This document shows, piece by piece, positions 13,161 to 27,648 of a stretch of 64,000 nt of DNA. The position numbers and the translations under genes were made by a program. Numbering within the stretch: the first letter of the stretch is position 1; the number at the start of each line of letters is the position of its first letter. This stretch comes from Trichoplax adhaerens. Lineage: Eukaryota > Animalia > Placozoa. The notes under the pieces were generated by a model that saw nothing but the letters and a program-made list of their open reading frames with translations, did no database searches and was not told the DNA's origin. The stretch spans positions 1,054,001 to 1,118,000 of the forward strand of contig NW_002060954.1 of assembly GCF_000150275.1 (NCBI RefSeq), in the 5' to 3' direction.

Positions 13161-15479
13161 CCTAGTAATCCAATAAATCGTTATTTTTGTGGTCTTTGAC
13201 AAATAATAATTAGCGATAGCTATATTCTCCTACTACTCTACATCGAGCATTAGTGCGAATGCGATGTTGTATATGTACGGATGTTAATAATTTACTGAAT
13301 AATATCACCTCTTTTTGAACTTAACATGAGGAGGAAATTCCTCTTGTGGTAGCAGCGTAGCAACTGTATAAAGCCAAACTGCATTATACGCTAGAATTAC
13401 ATAAAGTGTACATAACAGTACTGTAAGGATTAAGTTTACGAGACACTTATGATAGTAGTTTATCATGAGGCATTAGTCGGTATGTTAATCTTGTAGTATG
13501 ATGATTGAGATTTTACTTCTTAGACGATCTCACAATATTATGCGCTATTAGATATCACGGATGATTAGCATTAGTAAATACGTGCATTATTTTGGGTATA
13601 TCAAAGGTAAACTCTGTTATTATTCTAAGATATGGGAGGCCATATCAAGTAAGACTGATAGTATAGTAAATAGTGTAAAGTGAATCAAAATTTTACAGCA
13701 TTTTTGCATTGATACCTATATTATCCGAAATTTAATAACGTAAGTAACCTAACGATATTTGTAGCGAAATTACTTAGGATCTACTACAAGAAAGATTTCT
13801 GTAATACTCTATACAGATGCACAAATATCCTATCTTTCATAATGGTCTTAATTGTCGTTAACTTTTGATTAATAAAATTACACGTACAAATATTCGTAGG
13901 CTATGTACCTGCTATTAAATTAAATTAAGTATAACACTGTGCGATTAGCTAATTAGTTATAAAATAAATTAGCGAGCACGTTAGAAGCATCACTCTTATT
14001 ATATCATTAAGCTAGTGTTAAGATTCAATTATGTAGAAAAGATCTTCATGTGTACAATTTGCTTTTCGTATGGCTAATTAAACTGCAAAATTTGTGTCTA
14101 TACAATATTAATTTAAAAAACTTTATGGATTCTTCTTTATATCACTACTATCTACCAGTCTAAGGGTTCGCGAAAATATATCGTGATATTCCTCCGATAT
14201 AAGATAAATCATTGATACCAAATATATACTAGTGTATTTGAAAAACTACTCTGAATCAAAAATATCATAATGATTTTTATGCGCTATTAGTGATACCTGG
14301 GAGCTATAGTCATTAGAAAATTAGTATTATAGCATTAGGCTACAAATTTGTATTGGCCTCCTTACTATTTACAGGTATGACATAGTGATTAGTGAGAGCA
14401 TGACGATCGCGAGCTATACGCAACTCCCTCATATTAGTTTATAATAATTACACCTATACTTACGTTTTTTATGTGCGTTGATACTCAGTACTATAGCATA
14501 CAATATCATTTCATAACCGTATAGTTTATAGGATGTATTTATTAATAGACGAATACTCATTTTTCATACCAATTCGAAACAATGGAAGACTTGTCTAGTA
14601 TAAAATTCTTCTTGTCAGCTCTTTCAATAGAACATATCTTTTGTTTAAGGGAGAAGTATTTTTTATTCATCATAATATTAAGTATACAGTACTGGATCTG
14701 ATTGTTAATTTACGCATACAATACTTACGCTATATTGTTATACATATTGCATAGTTAGAATAATTTCGAAAATAGTGCTATAGATCGATCAGTTAGTTGC
14801 ATTAAGTAGTTATACAGTAAATAATAGATGCTATAGCGAAACACAGATCGAAGTACTTAGATAATAAGGGTAGAGTTCTAGGATTATAACTGCCTTGTCT
14901 GACTATTTAAATTTAGAATTACGTTACTTATATTCCTGGCACCTATAAAATTGATCGATTATTCTTTCTACCATTTCCAACTGAGTTTAGATATAATAAA
15001 AGTTGCCCGATCCTATGGAATGAAAATGATACACATAATATGAATTTTCTTTCAGGCGACTTCTTATAGAAAAGAAAAATCGGCAGAGGGAAGGATTACG
15101 TGCAAAGTTTTTTTGCACTGCCGAACACGATTAATTGTTTAAAATCTTAACCTGGGTATGTCTACTTTGAGTAACAAATATCGATTTAGCAAAGAATTAC
15201 AAAGTACCTTTATGAAATTGACATGCTTACGTATTTATCACAATTTTTTTCTAACTGTTTTACTTCTAACTCACCTATAAATGTTTGTATATACAGTACT
15301 TCTATATTCTAGGCTTCGATAATATTTTTTTTTTGAATGAATAGTTTAAAATCTAAAAGACTTCAATCCGTAAATGTACTAAAAATTGTGTACAATTTGA
15401 ACTAGATAGTTTGACTTATCTATTTTGTTCGCGATAGTATCGATCGATTTTTCAATGCCGGCCTATAACATTCCTCTAG

Positions 15480-18216
15480 TAGTAGTGGATCTCTCGGTTC
15501 TAAAATAGCAGGTAATACCAGTTATGAAGAATTATTGCGCTAACACTTTAACTTCTGGTACTGTAAGAAGTAATAGTTTAGATATTAAAAACTTATTTCC
15601 ATAATATACTATTTTAAGTCGCACATTTTATATACTTGGTCAAAACCTAAGTTCTATTCTCCGTATGAAGATTCTTAATATAAATACCAGTCAATTTTAA
15701 CATTATAACGAGTTGTTATACAATTGAGATATAGTTACAGTAATGAGTAAATTTGGCATAGTTATTAGAAGCGGGACTTATCTAATTGTCATGTATTTTA
15801 ACTACTTTAGGTAGTACGCTACGATAATTATGCACGAGTTAGCTAATTTTGATAGTATCAAGAATTAATATACAGCTAAATAAGGCTCAGAATAAATGGT
15901 CAGAATTTTCCTGATTGCATTTGAAGGACGATACAGCGTATACTTAGAATTAATAAATACGTTGGTTGTTAAGATACATTTTGGCAGTAGCAATCATCTA
16001 TAAAATGTAATGGAGTAAATAATTTTATCGTTATTACCCGCATCTGTACTGCGGAAACAAAAAAGCGATTAACGATATTGAAACAAAAAGAATACATAGC
16101 AAATTGGCATTTACAAGTATAATTCAATTGTCGAATTTCAGGTGAGTTGGCTTTTAATAGCCAAAATGTTAAGTTGTATGTTCACAAAGGCGATGATAAA
16201 ACTATGGATTCAGTATGGATGACATTAGCTAAAGATAAAGAAGAACTAAAAAAAGAAGGCATATTACATCGTGATAATTTCCTGGTTAGTAAATTTGACT
16301 AGAAATTTAATATTCGGGCAGTGCTGATTTTGGAACTCTTTTCATCAAACAATTTATATCACTGTCCTTAGATATGAATAATTTTTGAAATTCTAGTTTT
16401 TACTCAGTAGAATATTTACATATTTACATCGTTATGAAATACTGCAATGCCTGGTTACTTATGTTTAATTCATTATAGACTTTCACAAAGTGATATCATT
16501 ACTCGATAATTATTATGATACAAAATAATAAAGCCGTACTCTTCTAATAGCGAACTTTCTTAATACAGGGTAATATCATTTTAACTAATGTGTTGACCGA
16601 AGCAGTAAAAAATGCCGATTTTGTTTTTGAAGCTGCAGTCGATGATACTGATGTTAAGCGATCTATACTAGATAGTAAGTTCGATTTTTGAGTATGTATT
16701 GTTTATGAATTTATAATTTACTGATACTTATTGAGAGAGAATTGGCTGATAGTTCTAATCAAGTAAATTAATTGTTAATCGCATATCGATATATTCTCTG
16801 TGCCCACAGTCAACCTAATTATTTTATTCGCCTTATTCTTAGGAATATCGCATATGAGTCGACATGACACCATTATTGCCTCTAATACTATTCGATTAGA
16901 CATTAATGATTTGGCTCAATACGCTGAATACCCTGAAAGAGTGATCGGCCTACGATTCTTATACCCTGTATATTGTATTCCTGAGGTAGAATTAACTACG
17001 ACTGATTGTACAGCACCGTATGCTGTAGAGAAAGGTATGTCAATCATTTCATTACTCTAAACCAGTATGCATGTAGAGAATATAATCTGAAGGTGGCATC
17101 ACTATGAGTGTTCATCAAGTACAGTATATGCATAATCAACTTTCAATAAACTTTCTTTCTGCATTAAAGAAATTATATATTCATTGTGTAATATATGCAG
17201 TAAATAAGCTATGTAACACATTAACAGGGCTGATTGTATAGATATTGATTTAAATACAATAGATATAATATTTAAATCTATCGATCAAGTTCTTATGGGT
17301 TTTCCTATCTTTTTAATGTTATATTGTATTATAGTCAAAACGCTGTTAACAGAAATAGGAAAAACCCTACTTCCCAGATCTGGATCGCCGCTAGTCCTTA
17401 GTCCCCTTCAGATAGAAGCCAGGGTAATTGCTAAGCGTAACCGTATTGAAGAAACTAGAAGAAGAGCATTAACCACAGGAGAAACGTCTGACGTTAAAGG
17501 TAGCTACTCAATGATTATCGTAATCTAATAATTATTATGTTTGAAAGCGCTCTTAGCGATATCTGGTCACGAAATCCTGTTCGAGCTCAAATATAACCAC
17601 TGCATTAATATTGTTAAGAGTCTTTAATTATGAGATTATATAAAGATTTTGGACGCTTGTTACAAAGTAATAGGAACATTCTAATAAAGATATTTTTACT
17701 TTCATATGAAGTCTTCTTTTACAGACATAGTCGCACTGTACACATGCTATAGTTTGCTTAGGTTTGTCGTCAGTAATGCCTGGCTTTTTTAGCCCTTTTG
17801 GATGATATACCTTGTTACACAGGCGCCTATTTCATTTTCATTAATAAGACATAAAGGATTATTTAATACTTATTCTATAGTCTATACCCATACTTTGATC
17901 ACTCAATAGGTGTTTTATATTTTAGTACTGTACAATTATATATCACACTTAAGGTTTGCGCGATAGTTCTAGGTGTATGAAAATGTTTACTATTATCCCA
18001 ATCACATGAATATTTTTTAAATATTATCTCAAATTCGTTTTTATTTTAGAGAAAGAGTGTGCAATTTGTATGGATAAACCAAGAAATTGTGTCTTTAGGC
18101 CGTGTAATCACATGTGTAGTTGTATAGATTGTGCAAAGATCGTCAAGAAAAGAAGTGATGGATGTCCGATTTGTCGTAAAAGAATAACCGAGGTCTTAAG
18201 AGTATTTCAATCTTAA
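15480..18216 (+). CDS. 3-hydroxyacyl-CoA dehydrogenase-like NAD-binding domain fused to a C-terminal C3HC4 RING finger (start codon unresolved)
   Basis: In-phase exons: about 15480-15511 (SGSLGSKIA), 16142-16284 (GELAFNSQNVKLY...), 16569-16674 (AVKNADFVFEAAVDDTDVKRSIL), 16843-17034 (IIASNTIRL...ERVIGLRFLYPVYCIPEVEL), 17335-17499 (VKTLLTEIGKT...linker) and 18050-18216 (KECAICMDKPRNCVFRPCNHMCSCIDCAKIVKKRSDGCPICRKRITEVLRVFQS*). A candidate ATG at 15337 would need a weak donor. Confidence 0.85.
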
Positions 18217-19046
18217 AAATTAGTTCATTTTTATTCACTTATTTCTGGCATAATAGTCTAGGTTTTACCTTTGGGTACTCTTTATTTTGCTATCGTTGAA
18301 GTGTAATGTAATATGACTGTAAGCTTGCAGTCTAACGTATAGATTCACCAATTGTATCTGAGTAAAGTTTTTACCAGGTCCATTCGTGTATATATATATT
18401 TAAAGGTAATGCAGTGAAAGTTAAAATAATAGAAAGTCAGCTAAACATTACCATACATAAATCTTTTCATCATCATCTACGCAGCATAATACGGTATAAA
18501 ATGCCGAGATGAGGCAAATTTAGAAAAAAATTGTCGTAGAAATTTTACTGATCTAACTTAACTTGCTAAACGTAAAGGTGCTTCCTTTTGCTAATAACTA
18601 AAATCATATTATTACCATTATTAAGCGGTCTATATGTTCATTTTATGTGAATTCTTATCACTATATGCTCGCATGGCATAACACTTCCAATAAATCTTTA
18701 TAAATCTTATAGATCAAAGCGAAATGCTATTAAATTTCTGATTAAGAATTAGTCGTATATTAAATACAAGATACAATTTACGAGTATACTATAATAACAT
18801 ATGTAAAATATGATGTATTAAAAAACAAAGTAGCATTATATTGTTTAGGGAAATTGAATATATAGAGGGTTAGAATAAGCTAAACAATTATCTGCAATGT
18901 TGATGAAAGTAAATTCAGCTCACGAACAGAATAAATATTATTTATCAAATGTATGATTATATTCATAAATTTAATTTTATATATCGTATGTTTTAGTCTT
19001 ATATGTATATATCCATATGATCGAGCGTACGACTAGTGAAGGTTAA

Positions 19047-20722
19047 TCATAATTTTAACAACACACGAACTTTTTGTACCACAAACAGCATGACCGCATT
19101 AGCTGGAATAGAACGCATCAGGCAAGGCGTAAAACCTGGTTTCGTGATTTTTAAAAAATTGACGAGTAAGATATTGATGGAACCTTTATGATGTAATTAT
19201 TAGTTATCCAACATATAATTAATTATTACGTACCTCTATAAAATCTCTTCCAACCTTCTTCTTGGTATAAAGTTCGTATACATTGTAAAATGCTTGGATA
19301 TTTCCTCTTTGTAACTTCTGAAGCATCAGCTTGCATTGCTGATTTAATTACATCAGTAGGGTAAGTCACAAACCAGTATAAAAACCCAGCTATTCCACCA
19401 GAAAGGAGTAGATCTGAGGCTGATAAGTCGGCCGTAGTGCCCCCTACATTAATATTGATTTGATTTTAAAATTGATTTATGAGAAATTCGCCCTATTCAT
19501 GTACGTATATTTAGTACTAATGACCATAGAAGATCGCTTAGCGTCTATTATGTCATTACTTCGTTAAACTAAAACAAATTACACAATGGTTTCTGTGTAT
19601 GAATTCCGATATAACCTTTTGGAGTCATATACGTCATCAATGCTTCAAAAGAACCAAAGTAAAAGGCATTGGATGGTATATTTCGTAGGCAGACAGCAGG
19701 TAATGCTTGATAGATTCCTCTAATTCCATATTTTTGAGATATAACACTAGCACAGTGGAATACATTACGATAACTGGCAGGTTGACCTTGTTTTACTTTC
19801 ATAATTTCAGTTTGCATTTTAGACTTAAACTTTTTCAAAAATTATGCAAAGGAATTTGTATTAATTATTGAAACAAAGTATAGTTGCTGTGTTTTATTGC
19901 TATAGTTTAAAATTGGTATCTATCAGTATCTTACCAAATCGATTGGTCCTTCTATAAATGAAACAATGAAGCCAGTATACATCCCACATCGGAAATATTC
20001 GCTGCCATTAAGTCTAGTATGGTTATCCTTATTTCGTTTAAAGAATTCTTGTGACTAGCGTAGTAAGAAAGCAAATTGAAAGTCAATTCTATTCGGTAAG
20101 AATAAGAGAAGTGAATAGACTGCATTAGCAATAGTGATTAATTACTATTTGATCTTGCTCAAAATGAGCTATTAGATTTACTGTTTACAGAGATAATTAA
20201 TTCAGAATCCTACTGTGCTACTCATGCAAGCAAGAACACCGTACAAAGTTGGGTGTTCTTCATATCGATTTCAAACCTGAAAATATGTTGTAAATAAAGT
20301 TGCACGAAAAAACATTTGCCCGACAAGAGGGGAACCTAAATACGTAGAAATCGTACACATATAATAATAATTTATTCTTCTGGTAGACTAATCAACTAGT
20401 ATTGAATTAGATTCTAACCAGTATGGATAATGTATCATTATGTATAATTATGTAAATGATATCATGTGCTCTGTGATCTCTTACCAACTCCTTTGTATAA
20501 ACCGGCTATGCCTTCCCATCGCAATGTCTTTATGAAACAGTCACGCAATCCAACGTAAACTGGATTCGCTACACTTTGAGTCTGCAGTCGTACTTTCAAC
20601 GTATCGAACGGATGACCAATCAAGCATACTGCTATTCCCCCCAAAGTTCCTGAGATAGCGTTTTTAACAATTTTATAAGCATTAGACGGTGTCTGAACTT
20701 TAGCAATGTCTAGGTCAGGCAT
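19047..20722 (-). CDS. Mitochondrial carrier (SLC25), carnitine/acylcarnitine or basic amino acid carrier subfamily
   Basis: Three carrier repeats with Px[DE]xx[KR] signatures: GHPFDTLKVRLQTQ, EGPIDLFKSKMQ and TYPTDVIKSAMQ. Also EGIAGLYKG, RNIPSNAFYF and RSIPANAVM. ATG at 20722, stop TGA at 19049-19047. Confidence 0.92.
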
Positions 20723-20980
20723 CTCCAAATCGATCCAGGCAAGCTTTCCACTGAGCTGTTGTTAGAAGTGTGCTGTACTCTGTACCATATTGCATATAAC
20801 GAAGATAGTATAATATCTGAGACGAGAATAATATAGAGAAAAAGGCAATTATCGCCTATTAGGCTATTTTTTATTTATAAATAGGCGCTCACAGTTAGTT
20901 TATCATTGCATACTAAATTTTACAGATACTGTAGTAGTAATTAATTAATTTAATTTAGATCAGACTTGAGATCTGGAAAA

Positions 20981-21082
20981 GTACCGTAGTACCGTACTAC
21001 CGTACTAATTGAGGCAATTTGTACTGTACTGTACAGTATTGTACTGTATTCGGTATACTGTACAGTGTACAGTACAGTACAC
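20981..21082. repeat. TACTG/CAGTA pentamer array upstream of the SLC25 carrier
   Basis: gtactgtactgtacagtattgtactgtattcggtatactgtacagtgtacagtacagtac, plus gtaccgtagtaccgtactaccgtac, about 260-360 bp upstream of the ATG. Confidence 0.8.
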
Positions 21083-22294
21083 ATCACTCATTCACTCTCT
21101 CACTCTTATTCTGCTGATACTTGCGTCATTTAATTTTAGCTTTAAAATAATTCATTTTTAGGATTTTAAAAACGTTATTTTATATTCGATGAGCTTTACA
21201 AACGATTAATAATATTGTTATTTTACACAGTACTGCTTTCTATCCAACTATCTTTATATTATATATTAAAGTCTCTTCACCTACCTATCCGACTCTCGTT
21301 ACTTTCTCGAACCTTAATGTACCATCATTCTGTACACGGTGTACAGCATAAAATGAAGTTGCCTCGGGACTTTAATAGGTCGCTACATACAGTAAATCTG
21401 TCCAGTCTAGGGTATCTAGCACTGAAATTCGACAACAAAGCACTTAGTCGCCAATTTTATTGCATTACTCTTATACAGTACTGAGTCATGCTAATCCATA
21501 AACTACGATAACTCTAAAGAATTCGGATATCGTGCATCTAGTAATCCAACGTATGTGGTATATGGATGTGCAATTGTGCATGTGTGTATGACATGTACGG
21601 TCTAAGCAAGCGGGTTGTTGGCTAGTATTACTAATATACTAACTTTTAGAGATCAGTAGTTAATTATGCAGCAATTAATTTCCATATTTATGAGATCAAT
21701 CAATTTTCACAACATGCATGTGATAAAGTATTGAATCAAATTCCTTCTCTACTTCTATATACAGTACAAATAAGAGTAATAGTATCTTCTCGATTGTATT
21801 TTATTATTTTTACTTTAAGTATTCTTCAGGTTAATTAAAGAGTTTCTATACTGCAACGAATTTTCCACCTAAGTTTATTTTATTTTATTCCAGAAACACT
21901 TAGTGCTGTTCTAAGGATTAAATATTGCCAAATTGAAAGTTGAAAGAATAAGTATATCACTCTTTTTGTACGATATTATGACACATTTCATTTACCGATT
22001 AAATTCTTTAACAAAGAACATATATATCAAACATTAGTACAAATTTCATCTATTGAATTATAGAGAATATCCAATTTATCGATAAAATTGAAATAACTAT
22101 ACGGTCTTCTCATTGTATCGTATTTTATAGCAACACATACAGCTCATGTAAATTCTGTTTGATCTAGCGAACGGGAGTTATAAATAGCTAGAAAGTTAAC
22201 GACAATCAATATTCAAGATAAGGCTACAGCAGCTATGATGGGTCAGATGTAGATTCTCGAAAATATAGCTACATTAATTAAAGAAATTCTGCTA

Positions 22295-25200
22295 TTAAAT
22301 CTTAGAAAATGTGTTTCGAACGGATATTGGTATACGACTGACGTAGCGATCATGATTTTGCATCGTAGCAAGCACTCCAAATTCATTAATATGTTCAACA
22401 GTCTTATGATACTGCATATGATTGCCAAAAACATCTGTAAGTTTCCCTCCGATAGTCTCCACAAGAGCTTCGCATGCACAAGTATCCCATTTTTTCGTTC
22501 CTTTGCTTGCATAGAGATATACATCAGCAGCACCTGTATATAGTTAGTAATTATTAAGCAAGTGATTCAAAGCAGAAGTTAATTAAGTTACAATCTTGAG
22601 ATGTCCTACACTTGAATGTACATAGATAGAATGAAAAAATTTGAAACTGAACTTAACATAGATATCTGACTTGCATTTCTTATGCCTTGTTCTTAATAGA
22701 ATTGTGCTGTGTTTACGCTCAAACGGATTGTTTTGCTTACATCAAAGAGACATATCAATATATCGAAGTATAATTACCTTCTAGTAGTAGAACGGTCTTG
22801 TACCCAGCACCCCCAACATGAAGAACTTTATCCGGTTTCATTGCGTTAATAGAGTCAGTGATAACTTGACTAATCCGTGATTTAGTTGAAATAACTATAC
22901 ACCTATCATTTGGCGGTGTCGTGTAAGTAAAGCCGTAGGTTCCAATGCCTACAATACCATATAGTGTGCGCCCAAGCCGACTCTCACTGTTCTTATAATA
23001 AGGTTGATGAATGATACCAGCAATAGGTTTACCCTCAAATGCAAATCCAATTAGGACAGTTACATGGTCCGTGAAGCCTAGTCAATGCAATAGAATAATT
23101 AATTAATATGGCGTACTCTACGAGCAAGTTCGATTTACAGTGTAAAAGGGCAAATTAGTTTGAATAGAAATGCAGAAATTTATCTTAAATTTTACATGTA
23201 CAGGTAGATGAAGGAGTAATCTATTAACTTTTGCAAGTATAACATATTAAATATCGTCCTAATTTGAAGTAATTCCATAAAAAAGTATAATCATCATTTT
23301 ACAGTATTTTTAGACTAGAATAGCGTATCAGAGTCCTAGTAAGCTTATTCTTTAACAAATAGTAATGCCTATCATCAGGATCCAACATTGAAAAGAAACT
23401 GACATAAATACAATTTGCGAAAACCTTGTGCAAATTCTCTAGTTCCGTCTAATGGATCAACCCAAACGACGACATCTTCTTCTTTTATACTGTGTATCTT
23501 TTCATGACATTTTAGTTTAAGAACATCTTCACTTGAATCAGAAGAAAATAATTCTGGCGAAATATCATTTGGATCCAGATCCTAAGTAAGTTCAGCAAGA
23601 ATATTTAAAATACTAATATCGTTATACATATTGAACTTATTCCAGCTAACTCGTTCAAATTTTATATAATAGCGGAGTGATTTCATTTAAATTAAGTCGT
23701 TAACAGTATTGATAACATTAAAAATAGCCCTCATCGCCATAATTTGTAATTGAGATACGCATATGAAAATTGTGTATGAAGGCGATCAAGTTATTATAAA
23801 TTCATTCAGTATATGCTAATAAAGGGTTCTACGTATTAATAATTCTATGCATTCTCAGATGTTCTTCTCATCCTACGGCATGAACATGGTAAAACTTTTA
23901 ATCAAGTAGCTCTGTTTTCATATCTTATTCTTAAAAATATCGTACAAAATATTTTATAGTCTGGAATTGCAGCAATAAATTAAATATTCACTATTAGTTG
24001 TATACTCTCTATAATAACGTGTACGTACGCGTATAATACAGCCTTGTCTTTAACTAATTTCACAGTACAATATTAGGGAATCAATCTATAAATGTTTTAA
24101 GTGACGTAAATCTTTTTACGGTAACTTATTACACTACAGTCTATTCTTAGTTTGTCATAATATTAGGAACAATAATAAGATTAGCAATTGTTAATAAACA
24201 CTATTCGTGAAGTTTCATTACTTCTTCTCCAATGATGGTTGCCTTTGGATATTGCCTTATTAACGAACCGATAATATGCTGCTGAGCAACACGGTCAGCT
24301 TCAGTTTGCGGATCATTAATTCCCTATGTTAGATCAAAGATCAAGTTCAACGATTAGCTGAGTAAGTTACCGTTGTGTAGGCTTGATTCTAGATACTGGT
24401 AACCGTAAAATATGACTGATTTCCTATATAGATTAGTGCTTCAATTTCGTACAAGTATACTTTCTGATAGGCGTAAGTAATTTAAGTGGCAATTATGACT
24501 GATTATTACAGCATAATACAGTATTTAGGACTAGTAATAGCTGATCCTGGTTACAATACAGTACTTATACCATAATCAATTTTATACACCTTGTTTATAA
24601 AGCAATTGAATCACTACGTTAATTGACATTAGCGTTGCAACAATAATATCGATGATAGCATTATCGGTCGTGTTCACTTTCATGGAATATTCAAGTACTG
24701 ACTGTGAGTACGAAGGCATAATAAATATCGTCAGTGTACGATATAGTATATTACACATATAATAATTAATCAAAGAAGATCAGCTTATATTGTCTACGAC
24801 GAAAATTCCACATAAGTACAATTGTTACAAAAGGAAATTTATATCGAAGAGAACGAAAGCAATGACTAGGAAATTGGACCCTACGGATCGCTACTGTCAG
24901 GTTTGTCCTCCCCGACATCTAGCTACGGGACGATTCTAAAATGCTGACGATCTCTCCATCGCTAGGAAGTAACAGTAAAATGCTGATTATTTCTTTTTGG
25001 CGCTAGTAGTATCTTTGCAGAAAAAAGATCTACATGAAGATCATTATTAACAGTAAGTTATCCAATGTCAACTCTTGCTACTACTGTACCACCCTGGACG
25101 TTTGCTTGTAGGGTACTACAGTATTGTACAGTATAGCAGACGTAGAACATAAACCAAACCTTTCTCAGGTCTACAACACAGTATATAGTACAATAAAGTG

Positions 25201-25574
25201 ATATTAAACCTTTCTTAGGATTAATATATACTGTATTTAAAAGCGGATATCATTGAAATGTACTATGTCGGTAATTAATTATAAAGTGTTGGAGTAACCA
25301 CAGTATTCGTGCTTGATTACCTCATCCTACGCTAGAATTAATATTCTAATCGTAGACTAGTACTTCTGCTACCGGCGATTGCAGACGATATCCACTAAGT
25401 AGCGTGGTATGACTAGTGCTGGAAATATACACTTACAGTACTGTATATGAAAAATACCTTATCTATAACTTCAAGATGTCCAGTTTTCATAATTCTACGA
25501 ATATGTTGGCCAGCCGAAGCAGCCAGTGATACGGACGAAGCCACCATTCGAAGCAAGATTGGAGCTACAGCCAT
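22295..25574 (-). CDS. BPNT1: 3'(2'),5'-bisphosphate nucleotidase 1 (inositol monophosphatase superfamily)
   Basis: MAVAPILLRMVASSVSLA..., DPQTEADR, IIGEE, VWVDPLDGTREF, HVTVLIG, VGGAGYK and YASKGTKKWDTCACEA. Five in-phase exons; stop TAA at 22297-22295. Confidence 0.95.
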
Positions 25575-27648
25575 CTTTTCTTTCTGGATTGGTGATTTGT
25601 GACGCAATGTTTAGTAGTGGTGATCAGTGCCTTGCAAAATAATATATACCAGTATAGTCATGTAAATTCCTCCTACTTCCCTATTTGCCTGAACGTCGAT
25701 TATTGATGCAATTTTTTATAGTCATCGTCATACTGTATACAATACCGTACAGTACAGTTACAGTAGTCCCTTAGTGGATTGTACCAATGCTTTAATAAAG
25801 CAAAGGGCCAGTGATTTGAATTGAATGTAAACCTAGCCTATTTCAATTTCTGACCTAATTAAAAGGATGGAAGTAATTTAAGCGTTTTGTATCTACACCG
25901 CCATATTTCGCCTCCAATTACGTGCTATAGTGGCAATACAGTAAATCACAACTATTTAAACAAATTGATTTATATATATTAGACTGATCGATTGCTCTGC
26001 TGTTGTTTCTGCCATTGGTGTACAGTAGTTTACCACCTTTGTTTAATTGAGCCATAGCCATATGGTTCTTTTTCGACTGCTTTGATTTGAGCTCTATATT
26101 CATCATGCACGATTCCTAGATTTCTTCTTTGCCCGTAGCAAGTAGTAGAAATACCCGTTTGAAATGAACAGACACTGCTGTATACGGGTATCCAACAAGT
26201 CTACTTGTCGCGAATAATCATTAAAAATATGTGTATCGTTAGACTAACACACGAAGTCCGAACCGTAGCGTAATGTCATGTCTGATAATTTAATCATACT
26301 GTAATTATAACAGGTAGGTTCTAAGTTATAATAATCTTAGATTACAAATTATCAACATGTTATGCTATCAAAATGCTTGTCTGTGTAGTGTCTAGCAATT
26401 GAGTAAACTTTAATATCTGTATAGTACGACGCTGCTAAGTTACAAAACGATCCGTTACCATTAGAGCGAGAATCTTGTAAAAAGGAAAGTCTTAAGACCT
26501 CTTCGGCTTTGCTTCACACGATCATTCAATGACTCTGCTAATGTATGTACAGCACAGCCTTCAATAAAGTCTATAAACTAGTAGCAAAGTGCGAGCTGCA
26601 TTTTATGAAAAGTATCACTACTCAACCTCAAGATCCACCACACTACTAATATACTGTCGATACGTCATCACCATCTGTGCAGACAGCGATTTAACTTCTC
26701 AACATTGCAGTATAATCGAATGGGTCCCCATTATCTTTACGTTTAATATACTTTATTTATTAACCGAAATACCTACTTATTGTAGTATCTGAGGATTTAT
26801 TCCTAAAAACTATTCATCTCACGAGGTCAGACCTTCCTTATATCATACTCGTGTTTAATTAATTAATAATTATAAATTATATAATATAATATATATTTAA
26901 CATATTACAAGTTTGGAATGATGCTGTTTCTGATCGAAAGAAAGTCTCAATGCTAGAAGCCATTGCTTTAATTTGCATGATTATGACCATTATATCATTT
27001 ATATTTAGCAACTGCAATAATTTATTGTTATTTGGATTCAGGAAGCACACACAGAGTATCGTATTTAGTGGATAAGATACACACGGATAAGAAGATAATT
27101 CCACGGAGATTCTATCGACTATTCAATCTTTACATCAATTACGATTTCTAAACTAGCTAATTCTATCATTTTACTATTTCGTATGCAATCCACCTAAAGA
27201 TAGGTATTCTCATTTCGTAATTAATTATACGATATTTCATCCGAAACTAGAGGGTAATTTTATATTGTTAATAATTCAGCTATGAAATGATATAACCGAA
27301 ATTATCATGGTAAAATACTCAGTAAACTATGAAGAATTCATGTCTTGGTGTGACTACCAAGTCGTGACTGAGGTAGGAAAAGCTTATCAATCGGTTATTT
27401 AGAATACAACATCCTTGAAGAATTTATATCTCGACTGAGGCATTAAATTATATCCAACGAGGCTATAACACTGTGTAATTAAAGAACTTCAGAGTGAAAA
27501 TTACACTTACATTGCAAACACTCACCATACAAGACTTTTTACCTCAAATTAAGCTTAGAAATATTCTTAATTATAGCGGTTTATAAATTCACTCCCATAA
27601 GAATATTAATTAATCTTAATTGTGATGCTATCGAATAAAATTATCGAC

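Noticed and set aside
17762-17822. Possible extra exon (…MPGF…) between the dehydrogenase-like and RING exons, resembling the 3HCDH PGF motif
   Set aside because: The PGF frame hits TAG within two codons and no good donor follows; the flanking exons already join in phase without it.
22243-22543. ORF-track 96 aa and 63 aa ORFs at the BPNT1 3' end
   Set aside because: They are off-frame and antisense readings of the last BPNT1 exon; the true frame reads GAADVYLYASKGTKKWDTCA.
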